Below are positions 62,439 to 64,000 of a stretch of DNA of 64,000 nucleotides, piece by piece. Under the pieces are notes generated by a model. The model made no database searches, was not told the DNA's origin, and saw only the letters and a list, made by a program, of their open reading frames with translations. The position numbers and the translations under genes were made by a program. The DNA comes from Squalus acanthias (taxonomy: Eukaryota): positions 134,046,001 to 134,110,000 of the forward strand of contig CM059431.1 of the NCBI GenBank assembly GCA_030390025.1, read 5' to 3'. Position 1 is the stretch's first letter. Every line of letters begins with the position of its first letter.

Positions 62439-63838
62439 GCCAAGCTTGCTCACAACAGGAGGGAGCAGGTACGAACGTGAGGAGGTGAGGCGGACCTGCA
62501 CCCCCTTACAGACCTGGAGGAGCGAGTGGGGCGTATCATTGGGGCCCAGGTCGTGGGCGCTGTGGCCGTCGGAGACGTCGACCCCCTTGGGGACAACAAC
62601 GGTATGTTCATCACCTCTCCCTCTTCTCTCATACCACTTCCCCCTCACACCACAAGCCTTTCCTACTTTCCATCTAAGTATACTGTCTCCATTCCTTGCT
62701 CCCTTCCTGCCCCCCTCCCCTGACCTTAACCCCACTCTTGTGCCTTTATGCTTTCAGATAATCAGCCACCAGCGACAGTGGCAGTGACACGGGAGAGGAG
62801 GTGGAAGAACCAGCCAGAGCCTCACTGCCTGTGTTTCCTGAAGATGCGAGGTCCGATAATGGGGCCACGCGGTCGCTGGAGGGGAGCAGAGGAAATGGCT
62901 CTGATGTGGGTGAAGCTCCGGGACCCAGCGGGCTGCAGCAACGCCACGGGGAAAGGGAAGCTCGGGGGCCATCTCCCCGGAGGGTGAGTTCGCGCGCGAG
63001 TTCTGCTGCACAGGACTCAAATGACGACCTCGATGTGGAGGCATTGACCAGACGGGCGATGGGCATGTACACCGAGCTCATGCATGCAATGGCAAGGGTG
63101 CCCGAGAGCATGGATGCACTGGCAAGGAGCGGGGAGGAGTCCGCCTCCACCACTGCACTCAGCTCTGCTCACACCATCGAGCCCATCCTTGGCAGTTTGC
63201 AAAGAATGATCGACTCGCAGAGAGACCGTGGGGACCCAGACCTCATGTCGCGTGTCATGGGTGAGGTGGCAGCAGCTGTTGCAGCACAGGCCGAAGCAAC
63301 GCAACGGCTTAGTGCTGTAATGAAGTCAATGGTTGCTGGCATCCAGTTTCAGACTGCTCTCATGCAGTCTCAGATTGATGCCACGCAAGCGCTGACTGCT
63401 GCCATCATCGCTGGGTCGCACACAGTCCACCGGGGATCTCATGGTGCCGCAGCAGGCCAGCAATCTGTGCTCGAGCAGATTGCTCCGGATGCTGAGGGTA
63501 TGCCCCAGGGGAGTGGCAATGTGTCGGTCAAGCAGGAAGGTACTGTCCTCTCTCAGGATGACAGCATTCCTGCTCCCACCAATGCCAAACCGCCACTGCA
63601 CTTGTCACAGCCTGTAACCCAGCCATTCCAGACTGCTGCCGCCCATGCTGAGGTGGTGCAGTCTGCAGCCAGGCCTTCCAGGCCCAGAGCTGGTCGAGGG
63701 CGTCCTGCAAGGCCATCTGCAGTCTCTGGCTCCCAGACTCAGCAGCCTTCCACCAGCCTTGCTGCAGCCATGGGGCCACATTACGGAGGAGCAGTAGGGT
63801 TGGGAGGGGAGAACTCAAAAGGGGAGGGAAATCATTGA
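62439..63838 (+). pseudogene. Harbinger Myb/SANT-like DNA-binding gene, exons 2 (62439-62601) and 3 (62758-63838), inactivated
   Basis: AKLAHNRREQVRT*GG..DLHPLTDLEERV (TGGG motif with GGA>TGA), GT-AG intron 62602-62757, an apparent 1-nt frameshift near 62770, then a 345-aa acidic/helical ORF. Confidence 0.7.
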
Positions 63839-64000
63839 AGAAGGGGGAGTAAAGAATACTTTAAAAGCAAATGGGGGTAGTGTGTGTTAATAAATTGATG
63901 TGAACAAATAGTTATGCTTGTAAATAAATGTGTGTTTGTTGATAAATGGTTGTGTTTGTTTATGAATAGTTGTGTTTCATAAGAGAGAGTTGTGTTCGAT

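Overview
Eukaryotic, repeat-saturated genomic DNA, most likely from a cartilaginous fish (inference from CR1/HER1-type LINEs with an esterase ORF1, Deu-domain tRNA SINEs, Penelope, RTE and Harbinger families). It is not a prokaryotic gene cluster, and most ORFs in the track are retroelement fragments or antisense shadows. The window appears to be mostly intron of an unidentified minus-strand host gene, with five small GT-AG exons between 13.6 and 41.7 kb encoding a coiled-coil-like protein. The introns and flanks hold: a full-length decayed Gypsy element (5866-10195; 209-bp LTRs, CTCTC TSD); a second Gypsy fragment with a tRNA-Ser(GCT)-like PBS; a Neptune-type Penelope element with inverted ~440-bp pLTRs; a full-length RTE LINE; a near full-length CR1; a 1.68-kb solo LTR inside a GA-rich satellite; PIF/Harbinger remnants and MITEs; and two multi-level nested insertion clusters. 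The most interesting signals are these. (1) The Gypsy element has no tRNA PBS; it has a 12-nt sequence perfectly complementary to its own LTR across the ATTAAA signal, suggesting self-priming and/or 5'-LTR poly(A) occlusion. (2) Each Penelope pLTR carries a minimal hammerhead ribozyme motif. (3) An ORF1-less LINE begins with a tRNA/SINE-like Pol III head. (4) The RTE carries a ~565-bp foreign 5' segment inside its TSD. No database searches or folding programs were run, so family names are by motif recognition only.
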